This document shows positions 1 to 12,061 of a stretch of DNA of 64,000 nucleotides, one piece after another. The stretch's first letter is position 1, and each line of letters starts with the position of its first letter. Source of the DNA: Octopus vulgaris (lineage: Eukaryota); NCBI GenBank assembly GCA_951406725.2, contig OX597818.1:40052001-40116000 (forward strand), written 5' to 3'. Position numbers and translations under genes: made by a program. Under the pieces are notes generated by a model. That model saw nothing but the letters and a program-made list of their open reading frames with translations. It made no database searches and had not been told where the DNA came from.

Positions 1-695
1 CAGGAAACAGTTCCGAATTGCATCTCATCTAAGCAAATTCTCTCCCTAATGAGATGGGCTATGACCCTATCTGTGACCTTCATCACCTGGTCCAGCAGTT
101 TGATACCCCTGTAGTTATTTCTATCTAGAGCATCACCTTTACCCTTGTAGCTGTTGACTATGGTGCTGCTACACCATTCATTGGGTGTGACTCCATCATG
201 AACTACCTGGTTTACAACGCGGGTAACTAGGCCATAACCCACAACACCAGATATTTTAAGCATCTCAGCAGTGATTCCTGATGGGCCAGGGGGTTTTCCT
301 GGCTTCATACCCTTAATTGCTTCATCTACCAAGTGGCTGTCTATTCGGATAGCTGATCCCTCTACTGGGTCAACATTTGGCAGGCTCTCCTCCTCCCATT
401 CATTCTCCATGTTCAGCAGTCTTTCATAATGGCTTCTCCAAGCCTCTTTCTTTTCAGAATCATTAAAAGGAAGTGCACCATCATCCATGCGGACACATTT
501 CTCTCCTGTGACATCACAATTTTATCTCACACACTGTCTTGCAATCCGAAATACTTCAGTTCTTTGGTCCTCACGTCGCTGGACATTGGCAAACTTCTTC
601 TTTTCCACTTCGCCCTTGGCTATGTATACCTGTTGCCCAGCCTCCCTTTTGGTTACCTAGTACAGTTCCCTGCTACCCCCACCTTTCCAGGTGTT
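1..695 (-). mobile_element. RTE-clade LINE reverse-transcriptase relic
   Basis: Minus translation gives ...GPSGITAEMLK...EWCSSTIVNSYKGKGDALDRNNYRGIKLLDQVMKV...LDEMQFG, the typical RTE RT N-terminal motifs. Stops and frameshifts upstream. Confidence 0.9.
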
Positions 696-719
696 GTGTA
701 TATAAAATTTGCTATAGGT

Positions 720-948
720 TTAACCCTTTCGTTACTGTATTTGTTTTGAGATGCTCTGTGTTTCTCTGAATTATTTTAGATATAACAAAGAATTTAGTAA
801 AATAACTCAGTTATCATTCAGCTAGTGTTAGGAACATAAATTGTGACTAAGGTTTGGAGGAAGATTTTAATTCAAAACTTTTGAAAACAATACATTTGTA
901 CTACAGGGCCAGAGCCAGCTTCAGCCAGGTTGGTAACGAAAGGGTTAA
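720..948. mobile_element. TTAA-flanked (piggyBac-type) MITE, family E
   Basis: TTAA-CCCTTTCGTTAC ... GTAACGAAAGGG-TTAA. Near-identical copies at 29506-29733, 56337-56565 and 58611-58840. Confidence 0.85.
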
Positions 949-1656
949 AGATATTCTATTTTACTCTCATGTTGGATCAGTCTGGACATTTTTCTAATTC
1001 TAGCTTTGGTTTTAACTGCAGTAGCTTTGTTGGCAGAAAATAATTAGGATTTCCTAAAATTTTTAACAAAATGCATTGTCACATGATTTGGTTTTAGAGA
1101 AAGATTGTTATTTTGTAAAGAAACAAAAGATGTTAGTGTGAGTTTTATCCAGATGTGGTCTGTTATTGTGTTTGTTTAGGTCATATTTTGGTGGAAGTGA
1201 TTTGTAATACTGTTGTTGTTTGTATGTCAATGTGTTTGCAGATGACTAAACATCAAGCTGAAGAAATAAAGTGATCTGGTTGGTGAGTGAGCGAATGGGT
1301 AGATAGAAAATTATAACCTAAATTTGTATTACTTTGTAGCTGGTGTGAGATCATTATCATATTGTAAATGATGTAGAACTATATTGTAAATGTGAACAAC
1401 CTTTTATGACAATGGAAGCATTTGGTGTGTGTGTGTGTCTCAGGTTGTTTGAGAGCACAATTGGTAACATATACCCTGGTACAACCTGTTGCACAGTTGT
1501 GAGTTGACAACTAAAATGTTGACTCCACCAAGCTTGCTGAGTGGGGAAAGTGATATTGCATGACCTGCAGGAAGTGAAATGAGATCCTTCAGAAGGCAGA
1601 TAAACTGGGAGGTGAGGTTGTGGGGGTTAATAACCATCCAGAAATGTGCATATATA

Positions 1657-2110
1657 TTTCTTTACTACCCACAAGGGGCTAAACACAGAGGGGACAGACA
1701 AGGACAGACAAAGGGATTAAGTCGATTACATCGACCCCAGTGCGTAACTGGTACTTAATTTATCGACACCGAAAGGATGAAAGGCAAAGCCGACCTTGGC
1801 GGAATTTGAACTCAGAACGTAACAGCAGACGAAATATGGCTACACATTTCGCCCGGTGTGCTAACGTTTCTGTCAGCTCGCTGCCTTATAAATGTGCATA
1901 TATTTCTGTTAGCACGCCAGGCGAAATGCTTAGCAGTATTTCGTCTGCCGTTATGTTCTGAGTTCAAATTCTGCTGAGGTAGACTTTGCCTTTCATCCTT
2001 TCGGGGTCAATAAATTAAGTACCAGTTATGCACTGAGGTCGATGTATTCGACTTAATCCCTTTGTCTGTCCTCTCTATGTTTAGCCCCTTGTGGGCAATA
2101 AACAAATAAG
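1657..2110. mobile_element. Two head-to-head SINE family B copies
   Basis: Minus copy 1657-1887 and plus copy 1908-2110. Both have the core ctttgcctttcatcctttcggggtcgataaattaagtaccag and the tail cccttgtgggc..taaagaaata. Confidence 0.85.
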
Positions 2111-2476
2111 AAACGTGCATATATAATATGTACATTAAATATATGTGTGTATGTTTAGTGGTATGCTTTCACACAAAGAAATTAAAGAAATACGTAACCT
2201 TTGCCCCTATAACTTTGAAGTTGGTGGTAACAGGTCAAAAAGGTCAATTGGTGTTAGTGGCAATGAACTATTCTGTGCTTGAAGCTGTGATGGCGGTCAA
2301 GCATCTGGAATGATGTTTTACGACTGGGAAACCAAGTTAGATGAAGTCTGGAGATCCCCTTAGAATAATAGAGTGAGTCTGATGTGTGTACAACTCTTTC
2401 TTATTTTAAAAAGACCATGTGCTCGTCTAACATCTGTTTATCAAGTATAACTGTGTAATACATAACCGACAGTGTA

Positions 2477-2893
2477 GGCGGCGAGCTGGCAGTAATGTTA
2501 GCACGCCGAGCGAAATGCTTAGTGGTATTTCGTTTGCCGTTACGTTCTGAGTTCAAATTCCATTGAGGTCAGCTTTGCTTTTCATCCTTCCAGGGTCAAT
2601 TAAATAAGTACCAGTTACGCACTGGGGTCGATATAATCGACTTAATCCGTTTGACTGTCCTTGTTTGTCCCCTCTGTGTGTAGCCCCTTGTGGGCAGTAA
2701 AGAAATAGGTATTTTGTCTGCCATTATGTTCTGAGTTCAAATTCCGCTGAGGTTGACCTTGCCTTTCATCCTTCCGGGATCGATAAATTAAGTACCAGTT
2801 ATGCACTGGGGTTGATCTAATTGGCTTAATCCCTTTATCTGACCTTGTTTGTCCCCTCTATGTTTAGCCCCTTGAAGGCAATAAAAAAATAAG
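2477..2893 (+). mobile_element. SINE family B, dimeric form
   Basis: Full unit plus a headless second unit. TSD taatacataa(c/t)cgacagt at 2456-2473 and 2894-2911. Confidence 0.9.
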
Positions 2894-3367
2894 TAATACA
2901 TAATCGACAGTTCCCCCAACTAAGGTTCAAATAATCTTATTGTGGTTGCTGGGATATCATGCACGTCAGCTTCATCATAGTTATTTAACATGTGTTTTCC
3001 ATGCTGGCATGGGTTAGATGGTTTTGACAAGAGTTGCTCAGCCAGAGAACTGCCCCAGGCTCCACTTGTCTGTTTTGGCATGGTATCTATAGCTACATGC
3101 CCCTCTTAATGCCAGCCACTTTGCAGAGTGTACTGGGTGCTTTTATGTGGCTCTGGCACACGTGCTTTTTTATGTGGCATCAGCATGGGTGCTTTTTGCA
3201 TAGCACTGGCATGAGTGCTTTCTCTGTGACACCGGTATGGGTGCCTTTTGTGTGGTACAGGTACCTGCAAGCGTGCAAGATGTGGACCTTTCACCTGAGA
3301 GAGGGAGTTTGGGCAGGGGCAAAGACCATAAAGGATATGTCTATATGTATGGATGGCCATAATTGTA

Positions 3368-3934
3368 TTGGGTTGTCCGGTAAGTTTGTGCCGATTTTTA
3401 AAGGAAAGAAAAAGATCAATAAATACTTGCCATTACATTTTTAATCAACCTAATATGAACCATTTTGTTGCACAATGCATCTCCATCTTTCCTTGAACTT
3501 GAAAATATCCTCTTCCCAGAATTGAGGTGGTTTTATGGCAAAGAATTCATCAAGGTATCTTTTTACGTCATCCAAGGAATTGAAATTTTTAACATAAAGA
3601 CTATTCTGCAGAGACCCGAAAAAGTGGAAATCCAAAGGAGCAATATCTGGTGAATATGGAGGGTGGGGTAACACATCCCAGCTGAGCTGCAGCAATTTTT
3701 GTCTGGTTCCCAAAGCATCAAGTGCTGAAAATGAACTTTATTATCTTCCATTTTAAAAGGTTACAGAATTAACACAGGTTATAGGAGCATAAACATTATT
3801 CCATGAAAAGATAGCTTAAACTGTGCTCTAAATGGAAGTGTAGTCAAATCCTTATTTTATGGGCTCAACCATGCTCTAAAATAAGTTAAAAAGTAAGCTA
3901 CTATAAATCGGCATGAACTTTCCGGACAACCCAA
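3368..3934 (-). mobile_element. Internally deleted mariner element
   Basis: TA TSDs at 3366-67 and 3935-36. TIRs ttgggttgtccggtaagtttgtgccgattt / aaatcggcatgaactttccggacaacccaa. N-terminal MEDNKVHFQHLML is joined to the C-terminal WDVLPHPPYSPDIAP...FFAIKPPQFWEEDI...RW. Confidence 0.93.
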
Positions 3935-4539
3935 TACATGTTGTATCTTCTCAAACACAGCAAGTCACCAGGAATCTCAGTCCCTTTTCATTTTCTCTGT
4001 GAGGCCCAACATCTGAAGATCTTTTCTCACCATTTTGTTACTACACTTAATTCCTTTCAAGCCTTTGCATGTCCTCTACATATTTCCCTGCCATGTAGCA
4101 TAGTTGTTGTATACAAGCATCATACAACATTCCTTTCACTCCGAGGGAGAGGCCCTTTGTTACAAACAGATATAGAAGCACTTTGAACTTTGCCCAGCTT
4201 TTTCTTATTCTAGCAACAGTGCTTTCAGAACTTCCTCCTCCATTGCTTACTTGGTTGCCTAGGTTACAGAAGCTATCTACTTCTTCTAAGGAGCCCCCTG
4301 GATATTTGAGGAAGTCTATTCTCTGTGTGTGGCAGACATGTGAGTACAATAAATACTAAGAATGTACAAAGACCCCTTTCTCTGTTAACCTTCCCGTGAT
4401 ACTGCTGCACCTCTTATGTGCTCATAGTTTGCACTGCATACACCGTGTGGAGTTTCTACCAACACTTTTTTTATATATTGAGCAAGGCCATCTCCTTGAA
4501 GGGATTTGCGATTTGTCTATTTTCCTACTTACTAGGATG

Positions 4540-5170
4540 TTCGTCTGAAACGTTAGCACGCCGAGCCAAATGCTTAGCGGTATTTCGTCTGCCGCTACGT
4601 TCTGAGTTCAAATTCCGCCGAGGTCGACTTTGCCTTTCATCCTTTTGGGATCGATTAGATAAGTACCAGTTGCGCACTGGGGTCAATATAATTGACTTGA
4701 TGCGTTTGTCTGTCCTTGTTTGTCCTCTCTGTGTTTGGCCCCTTGTGGGTAGTAAAGAAATAGGTATTTCATCTGCTGCTACATTCTGAGTTCAAATTCT
4801 GCCAAGGTCGACTTTGCCTTTCATCCTTTTGGGGTTGATTAACCCTTTAGTATTTAAACCGGCCATATCCGGCCAAAATATTTAATCTGTTTTATGTTCA
4901 AACTGACCTGATCCAGGCTCTCACATTTACCCTACAATGTTATTCTACATAAAGTAATTACACTATCAAGATCTTGAAGATATGAGATAATGCATGATTA
5001 ATTCAAATCAATGGGAATCAATAGGCATTATGTTTGATGGAATAATCTGAACACTAAAGGGTTAAATAAGTACCAGTTGCACACTGGGGTCAATATAATC
5101 GACTTGATGTGTTTGTCTGTCCTTGTTTGTCCTCTCTGTGTTTGGCCCCTTGTGGGTAGTAAAGAAATAG
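4540..5170 (+). mobile_element. SINE family B dimer, interrupted by a MITE
   Basis: Family B units at 4540-4761 and 4762-5170. The second unit is split at its TTAA. Confidence 0.85.
4839..5065. mobile_element. TTAA-flanked MITE, family F
   Basis: TTAA-CCCTTTAG ... CTAAAGGG-TTAA. Related copies at 27710-27938, 47920-48130 and 57541-57768; partial copies at ~24360-24520 and ~61130-61508. Confidence 0.85.
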
Positions 5171-5497
5171 GTCTTTGCTAAATTAACTCCTAGTCCCTTT
5201 GATTCCAGACCTTGCTTCTATACCTGAAATTTCCTCTAATTCAAGTAGTGATTCCGTTATAAGAACAAGGTCATAAGCGTAAAAGTGCTCCCAAATGCAT
5301 TCAGTCTTAAAATCCTGGAATTTATCCCACTAAACTCATCCAGGCTATCAGACAGACAGTAATCCAGAGATTACTTTATCAAACACATGCCTGAATATCA
5401 ACTAGTATCTGCAGTTTTACAATTGTAAACATTATGCATGCATGTGTGCATTTTAGTAACAAACATTTTGTAATCTTTTTTCTTTTTTATTTTACAG

Positions 5498-6665
5498 ATG
5501 GATCCACACTTTGACAGACTATGTCATTGGCTCAAACAAATGGAGCTGGAGCAATATGCACCATTATTCAAGAAAAGTGGAATATTTAACCTTGATCAGT
5601 GTGCACACCTTAATAGTGAGAAATTGGATAAAATTGGTGTTAATCTTTCTGGTCATCGTAAACGAATCCTTGCAAATCTTCCCAATACAAATGACTACTG
5701 CCTGGCTGCAAACTTATTTCCTGAAAGTCTTGAATCAGCGAATCCTCCTTTACTTCCTCCAAAAATCAAACCTGTACACCGTAAAGATGCAGATGCACTC
5801 TTTGGTGTATCTACACCAGCTAATAATTCTGAATGCAGTTCACACTTTGAGAAACCAGTCCCTAAGCCACGAACAACTGTTAAGAAAACAAGTGAGGAGG
5901 AAATCCTTCGTCCTGTTCCCAAACCACGGGTTAGAACTTCTACTCCTGTTCATGAACTTGAATCTAAAACAACTGGTGCAATTATTACACCAGTTGCTTC
6001 TACAACAGAAAGTTTAAATATATCAATGAGAGGTAAAGCAAATGGATCCCAAGGACCCGAACAACCAACTTTTAGGAGCCATTCAACCCTGCTAGCATTC
6101 GACCCTCTTTTTACAGGAGAAATCAATAACAATGACAGCAGTGATGCAAAAAAACTTAAAAGCTGGACTGACACTGATAAAAACATACCTGTCAGTGATT
6201 CAGATTCTAGTGAAAGGGGTAAATCAGAGGTATATGAGGATCTTTGGCGTTTAAAAAGTAAAAAACCAGTTGAATCTTGCCCAAAGAATGCTGTTTCTGA
6301 AAATGAAAATAATTGTGATAATCAGCTCAGTTCTGATGAGGTCCCCTGTGAAGAATTTGATATGAAACCCCCTCCCTATCCTCCTCCTCAATTGCCTTTG
6401 AATCAAGCTCCTCCAATACCACCAAGAATTAATGAGAAACCTAAATCTATTGAAGATGATGATGACGACATTATTGATGCATTCCCGAACAATGATCCAT
6501 TTGTGGATTTTAGTTCAGAATGTGAACGCTTCAATAAAAAGCCTTGTCCGACAATTGATGATATGGAATTTGATCCCTTTGGACATTTTCGGAATACATT
6601 TTGTCCCAACACCAGGCCATATCCTTACCCTTCATTGTCTAGTTTAGGCGCTATGAGTCAAGCAG
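5498..6665 (+). CDS. ARAP: Large N-terminal coding exon of a SAM-domain protein, most likely ARAP-family (ArfGAP with RhoGAP, ANK and PH domains)
   Basis: Polypyrimidine tract and TTTACAG acceptor end at 5497, directly before the ATG. About 389 open codons. SAM signature WLKQMELEQYAPLFKKSG...LDKIGVNLSGHRKRILANL is followed by a low-complexity linker with PVPKPR x2 and PPIPPR, as in ARAP N-termini. Donor CAG|GTAAAT at 6665/6666 is phase 1. No PH or GAP exons seen in this window, so the family call rests on the N-terminus only. Confidence 0.8.
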
Positions 6666-7350
6666 GTAAATATATTTCTTTGATCTTTTCTTGTAAACAT
6701 TATCAGTTTTAGACTGATAATGTTTTTGTTTTAGTAACTGTTGTACAGGATGTGACATATATATTTACCATTATCTAAGCATAATAATTTATGCAGTATT
6801 CAAATAGGAATCGAAACATTCTTATTTGCAAAAATTGTTGCAAAGGTTGTATAACACCTCTTAATATTCTTTTATTTTAGTGTTTACCCTTGATTAAATA
6901 TTGCAGCTCAAAACCCGAACAAATTGCCATTGAAAATATTTGGTACAGATAAAGTAAAAATAGCTGATATAAATAATTAAGGGCTATGATAAAGCAAAGG
7001 TGGCCATTTTGAATTGTAAATATATATAAAATATTGTCAATATAGCAAAGTCTATTTGCCAAAGCAAAGTGACTGTCCTTTGTAGGACAGTGTTACTACT
7101 TTTTAGTCCCAGGAAAACATCTTTGCCAGCTAGCTGCTGACACATAATCTGTGTATACTGTGAGCAAGGGAGTCTACTGCTCCCTTTCTAGCCGTAGTGA
7201 TACCTGCAGACTAATGATGTCTGGGTAATTTCCCTTTGTTGGTACAGGATAACCACCGGCTACTATAGCAGCCACTTGCTCTTGCTCACAGTGTATACTT
7301 TTAAAGTGACACACAATCACTGATCTTGTATATATATAACAATCAACCTG

Positions 7351-7390
<40 letters not shown>

Positions 7391-7617
7391 GGATAATATC
7401 TATTTAAATATTGATCTTATCAAGTGGCCAGCATGGGAATAAATACCATACAAAGGTGATAATTATTTAAAACTATAAATTAGGGTATCTGAGAGATACC
7501 ACCATGCTGAAATAGCAGTCAAAACCCTGACCCTAAAAACCACCTTAAATGTTTATATCGCGCCAGGAGAGAAGACAGAGAGACAAAATAAACTAGCAAA
7601 AAAGATTTTACTGGATA

Positions 7618-7676
7618 ATTCAAGATCCTGGATTTCTGGCTTTGCTTCAGAGAAGCTCTACCTTCTTCAGTTGAAT
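7618..7676 (-). ncRNA. Hammerhead-ribozyme-like motif in a (TA)n-embedded element (element ~7385-7702)
   Basis: Minus strand reads AUUCAA-CUGAAGA-A-GG..GCUUC-UCU-GAAGC..CC-A-GAA-AUCCAGGAU-C-UUGAAU: 6-bp stem I, intact core, AUC cleavage triplet. Confidence 0.55.
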
Positions 7677-8526
7677 ATAGTAGATAAACACATAAATACA
7701 GATATATATATATATATATATATACAGAACATATATTATACTTACATATACGAACGCTCATACATACATATATATGCACGTATGTACAAGACTAGCTTAA
7801 ATTGCCCGCCAAACATCTCCAAGCGCGATATGGTCAAAATAAACACCGTAGTGAATACCAACCTGTAAATTTTCATTTACCAAAATTTTAAACTTTTTAT
7901 TTTATAATAAAATGAATAATGGGTAAATATATATGCTGCATCCAGTACATTTATTTGTGCATGCTAACATGGATGAGGTAATTTGTATTGGAAGTTCTGA
8001 CTTACTACTGGATACTCTTCTTGTGATAAACATTCTATACTAAAATCCTGACTTGAACCTGTTCTCTCACTCAAACAAACAGTAGCAGAAAAAATTCTCT
8101 TAAAAACTAATTCTAGTAAGTTTTGAACCTGTGTTCATGTTGAGTCTAAAACATTTTTGTTTTAAATGATTAATATTGTTTAGTATCTGAATGGGGGAAA
8201 AAATGCATCTTTTATTTAATATATTTGAGAATTTCATTCAAATGATTATTTTCCTGGGTATTTTTATAAACTCTGTAGTATATTTATGATGTGCTAACGA
8301 CTCATCCACTATAGTACCATGAGCATTTTAGAAAACTATTGAATATTCATTTTGGTCTTGTCTAAAGTCTCAAAAAAAAAAAAAAGGGCTTCAGAAGGTA
8401 ATCTGTTGAGTAAAAAGAATTACATTTACATAAATGAACTTTTACAATCAAGTTCACAAAATGAAATCATGTATCATGACAGAACAGAACAAGTATTCTA
8501 ATATTGGAGAAATAATGAAGGATTCT

Positions 8527-8832
8527 GTGGAGGCACATGGCCTAGTGGTTAGAGCAGCAGACTCACGGTCGAGGGATTACAGGTTCGAATCTCAGACCAG
8601 GTGATGTGTTTGTGTTTATGAGCGAAACACCTAAGCTTCACGCGGCTCTGGCAGAAGGTAATGGCAGACTTCTGCTGACTCTTTTGCCACAACTTTCTAT
8701 CACTCTTTCCTCCTGCATCTTGCAGCTCACCTGCGATGGACCAGCGTCCCGTCCAGGTGGGGAACCTATACGCCAAGGAAACCGGGAAATTGGCCCTTAT
8801 GAGCCAGAGATGGCTTTCAGAAGGAACAAACA
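8527..8832 (+). mobile_element. tRNA-derived SINE family D
   Basis: A box tggcctagtgg, B box ggttcgaatc, TSD aatgaaggattct. Relatives at 11498-11660, ~22140-22445 (-) and 45646-45960 (TSD tgcttttactat). Confidence 0.85.
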
Positions 8833-9328
8833 ATGAAGGATTCTACTTTACAATATCTTTACTTTATGGCACACAACATCATTCCATTTTTACTGATACA
8901 GGTCACTTTGTAAACTGCCAAGCAAATTTTATTCCCATTTCACTTTAGAATTGTACTTGTCTAGCAAGTAACTAGATCTGAAACCATGCATTAAAAATGA
9001 AGCAACTAGGATGTGGAAGAGGCATGTTCATTTTCATTAATTGTCACCATCTTTCAGCTGGTTGAATACCAAGGAGCTCCATTTGAGTTTTTCTCTCTAC
9101 CATTCTTACACATTCACTGTACATATAGTTTAATTTAGTCTTTGATATTATCAAACCAGTTTGTTCTACATTTTCTTTTTCAGCATTTGCCATTTATCTT
9201 CCTTTCTATTAAGAGTTCTTATATATCTTGTACTTCTTCTATGTCACCAAAGTACTTCAGCTCTCTTTTCTTTAATAGTTGAGAGTAATGATCTTGCATT
9301 TACTAGTTCATTAGTTATATTTTGTGCA

Positions 9329-9683
9329 AGATAATAATAATATAATAATAATGAAATTATTGTATACAGTGCTCAGGTGCCCCACAACTTGTCAAAAAGT
9401 GCGTATAAAGCATATGCAGTAATGTACAAATGTCTGGAAAGCGAACAGTGTATGAGTCAGATACATGCTTGCGTGTGTATGGAGTGGAGAAAATCAGGTG
9501 GAGTGGTGGCGAATCTCAGGAAGCATGGAAGTTTTGAAGGATGCAGTGCTCTGACAACTAACAACTGATGCCGGCAGTTTGTTCCATACTTCAGCAACTC
9601 TTAGTGTGAAAAAATGTTTCCGAAAGTCATGAGAGCTGTGCTGTTTTCTGACTTTGTAAACATGTCCACGGGTGTTAGACAGG
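9329..9683 (-). mobile_element. CR1-type LINE 3' end with (TTA)n tail
   Basis: Minus translation SNTRGHVYKVRKQHSSHDFRKHFFTLRVAEVWNKLPASVV...SFK matches the CR1 ORF2 C-terminus. 3'UTR ends in ATT repeats. Confidence 0.85.
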
Positions 9684-10189
9684 TGGCGTTTGAAAAGATA
9701 TTCTTAACATTCTTCTATGTCCACATTTCAAATTCTTCTAATTTGTCAGCTAAAGTTTTAGTTAATGTTGTATTAGCCATTGAAAAGACACACACACATG
9801 TACATCCTTCCCCCCACAAAAAACCAAAAATAAAAATAATTTTTCATTTATTTCTTGCGGTGTCAAAATTTTCGTCAATTAGATCCTTTGTATGTTGTAA
9901 AAGTTGACAACTCAAGTAAATGAAAAATAAATTTACAGTTTATTTAGAACTACTGTATTTACTTGTGTTGCACTATTTTATAATTGGTTTTGATTGGAAA
10001 ATCTGGAGTGTGACATATGCTTGCATTAAGTGAAAAGTTTGGAAAGAAAAAAAATTTTGCACCAAAATTTAACTTGGGCAAATGTCTTCTACTATAGCCT
10101 CAGGTCGACCAAAGCCTTCTGAGTGGATTTGGTAGACGGACACTGAAAGAAACCCGTCGTATATATGTGTATATATGTGTATATATATA

Positions 10190-10504
10190 TGTTTACTAGT
10201 GTGTAAGTCTAAATCACTCTTATGTACAAGTCACTTCCCTTATTTACTCTTTTACTTGTTTCAGTCATTTGATTGTGGCCATGCTGGAGCACCGTCTTTA
10301 GTCAAGCAAATCGACCCCAGGACTTATTCTTTGGAAACCTAGTACTTATTCTATCGATTTCTTTTGCCGAACCGCTAAAGACGGTTGCTTGACTAAAGAC
10401 GGTGCTCCAGCATGGCCACAATCAAATGACTGAAACAAGTAAAAGAGTAAATAAGGGAAGTGACTTGTACATAAGAGCGATTTAGACTTACGCACTAGTA
10501 AACA
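10190..10504. repeat. 120-bp inverted duplication (SINE A tail plus flank)
   Basis: Arms 10190-10309 and 10385-10504 are reverse complements with two mismatches, both CpG transitions. Confidence 0.95.
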
Positions 10505-10749
10505 CTGTTCATCCACAATATTTAATGCTATTTTATTAATGCGTTGAAGGAATGATTGAACGTAATATCTTCTCATTCCGTTTCTCAAAAAGTTTTGCTA
10601 TTTCTACTATGAATGAATAAGGCTTTGGAAAAGAAGTTTGCTTTCATTTCCTTTCTTGTGGCTTGCAAACTGTTTTGAGGCAGTTATCTACCTTGTACCA
10701 ATATCAGCAAAATCTTTGGCAATATCATGCATCTGATTTTAGTTACAAG

Positions 10750-11100
10750 TACCGTAAATCCTCGAGTATAGTCCGCCCTTGAGTATAATACGCAGGGGAT
10801 TTTTAGGGGGCTGTACCTCTGAAAAACCTAAAACTTGTGTATAATACGCACCACTTCTCTAACTTGAGTCAAGGAGGTCTATATAACGTCCTTGGTTTGT
10901 AAAAATGTATACGGTAACGTCCTTTATTTATTATTGTGTATATAACATAATGCAAACGTGTAGCTTTTTTGTGCATTTTGTTTGCAGAAAATAAAGAAAT
11001 AACAGTAATAACGATTAATAAATGTTGCTTACTGCAAGTTATGGATGATTCTTTTATGACTTCATTGCTTTAAAAAACTTTATAAGCGGTGTTGAAAGTG
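10750..11100. mobile_element. pogo/Tigger-like DNA element end
   Basis: Begins TA-CCGTAAATCCTCGAGTATAGTCCGC with repeated gtataatacgca subterminal motifs. The other end was not identified. Confidence 0.5.
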
Positions 11101-11212
11101 TCGTCCTTTATTTTCAATACTTAAGTTGACTCTTTTATGTATGTTTTGAAATACATCTTGGAGAGTCTGACGCGGTATGGACCGTGTGAAGCTTATGATT
11201 GCGTCTTTTAGC

Positions 11213-11335
11213 TCATGGTTTTCGGGCGATTCTTGTACACTGATCCTTTACTTTGCTTCCCATAAAAAAAAAAAAGTCTGGCGGTGTTAAATCAAGTGAC
11301 CTTGGTGGCACAAGTCCCTTCGAAATAATCCCTTT
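11213..11335 (-). mobile_element. Tc1-like transposase fragment
   Basis: PPRSLDLTPPDFFFFMG resembles the WPPRSPDLTPxDFFLWG motif. Confidence 0.65.
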
Positions 11336-11497
11336 ACTGCATGCGCAGGAGGAAAAAAAAATCACTGCGAGAGACTTTTTGAACACATTGTATAATAATA
11401 ACAATAATAAGCTTATAGTCCCTCTCTCTCTCTCTTTCTCTCCCACGCACGCACGCACGCACAGGGCTGTTATTTCAATGGTATAATTTAGGAAACT

Positions 11498-12061
11498 GTG
11501 GAGGCGCAATGGCCCAGTGGTTAGGGCAGTGGACTCGCGGTTTCGATTCCCAGACCGGGCGTTGTGTGTGTTTATTGAGCGAAAACGCCTAAAAGCTCCA
11601 CGAGGCTCCGGCAGAGGGTGGTGACGACCCCTGTTGTACTCTTTCGCCCCAACTTTCTCTTGGAGGCGGCGAGCTGGCAGAAATGCTTAGCCGTATTTCA
11701 TCTGCCGTTACGTTCTGAGTTCAAATCCCGCAGAGGTCGACTTTGCCTTTCATCCTTTCGGGGTCGATTAAATAAGTATCAGTTACGCACTGGGGTCGAT
11801 ATAATCGACCTTAATCCCTTTGTCTGTCCTTGTTTGTCCCCCCTGTGTTTAGCCTTTTGTGGGTAGTAAAGAAATAGATATTTCGTCTGCTGCTACGTTC
11901 TGAGTTCAAATTCCGCCGAGGTCGACTTTGCCTTTCATCCTTTCGGGGTCGATTAAATAAGTATCAGTTACGCACTGGGGTCGATATAATCGACCTTAAT
12001 CCCTTTGTCTGTCCTTGTTTGTCCTCTCTGTGTTTATCCCCTTGTGGTTAGTAAAGAAATA
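11498..12061 (+). mobile_element. Composite SINE: family D 5' part fused to a family B dimer
   Basis: D head 11498-11660, then B units to 12061. One TSD pair ggtataa(t/a)ttaggaaact at 11480-11497 and 12062-12079 encloses the whole. Confidence 0.8.

Larger units (their letters stand above)
2973..5410 (-). mobile_element. Fragmented RTE LINE (RT core to 3' tail) interrupted by three younger elements
   Basis: 5170-5300 reads WEHFYAYDLVLITES...GLESKGLGVNLAKT (degenerate YADD). 4047-4349 reads RIRKSWAKFK...TKGLSLGVKGMLYDAC. C-terminus near 3940-4030; family-C 3' end at 2973-3290. Confidence 0.75.

Noticed and set aside
6666-6712. ORF-track extension of the 404-aa ORF (GKYISLIFSCKHYQF)
   Set aside because: Follows a good CAG|GTAAAT donor and has intron-like composition; read-through into the intron.
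7481-7530. Second, plus-strand hammerhead in the 7385-7702 element
   Set aside because: Core reads CUGAGAGA and stems I/III are mismatched; at best a decayed motif.
8527-8600. Functional tRNA genes at SINE D/H heads (also 20018, 45646)
   Set aside because: A/B boxes are present but the cloverleaf is broken, and each continues into a SINE body, with TSDs where checked.
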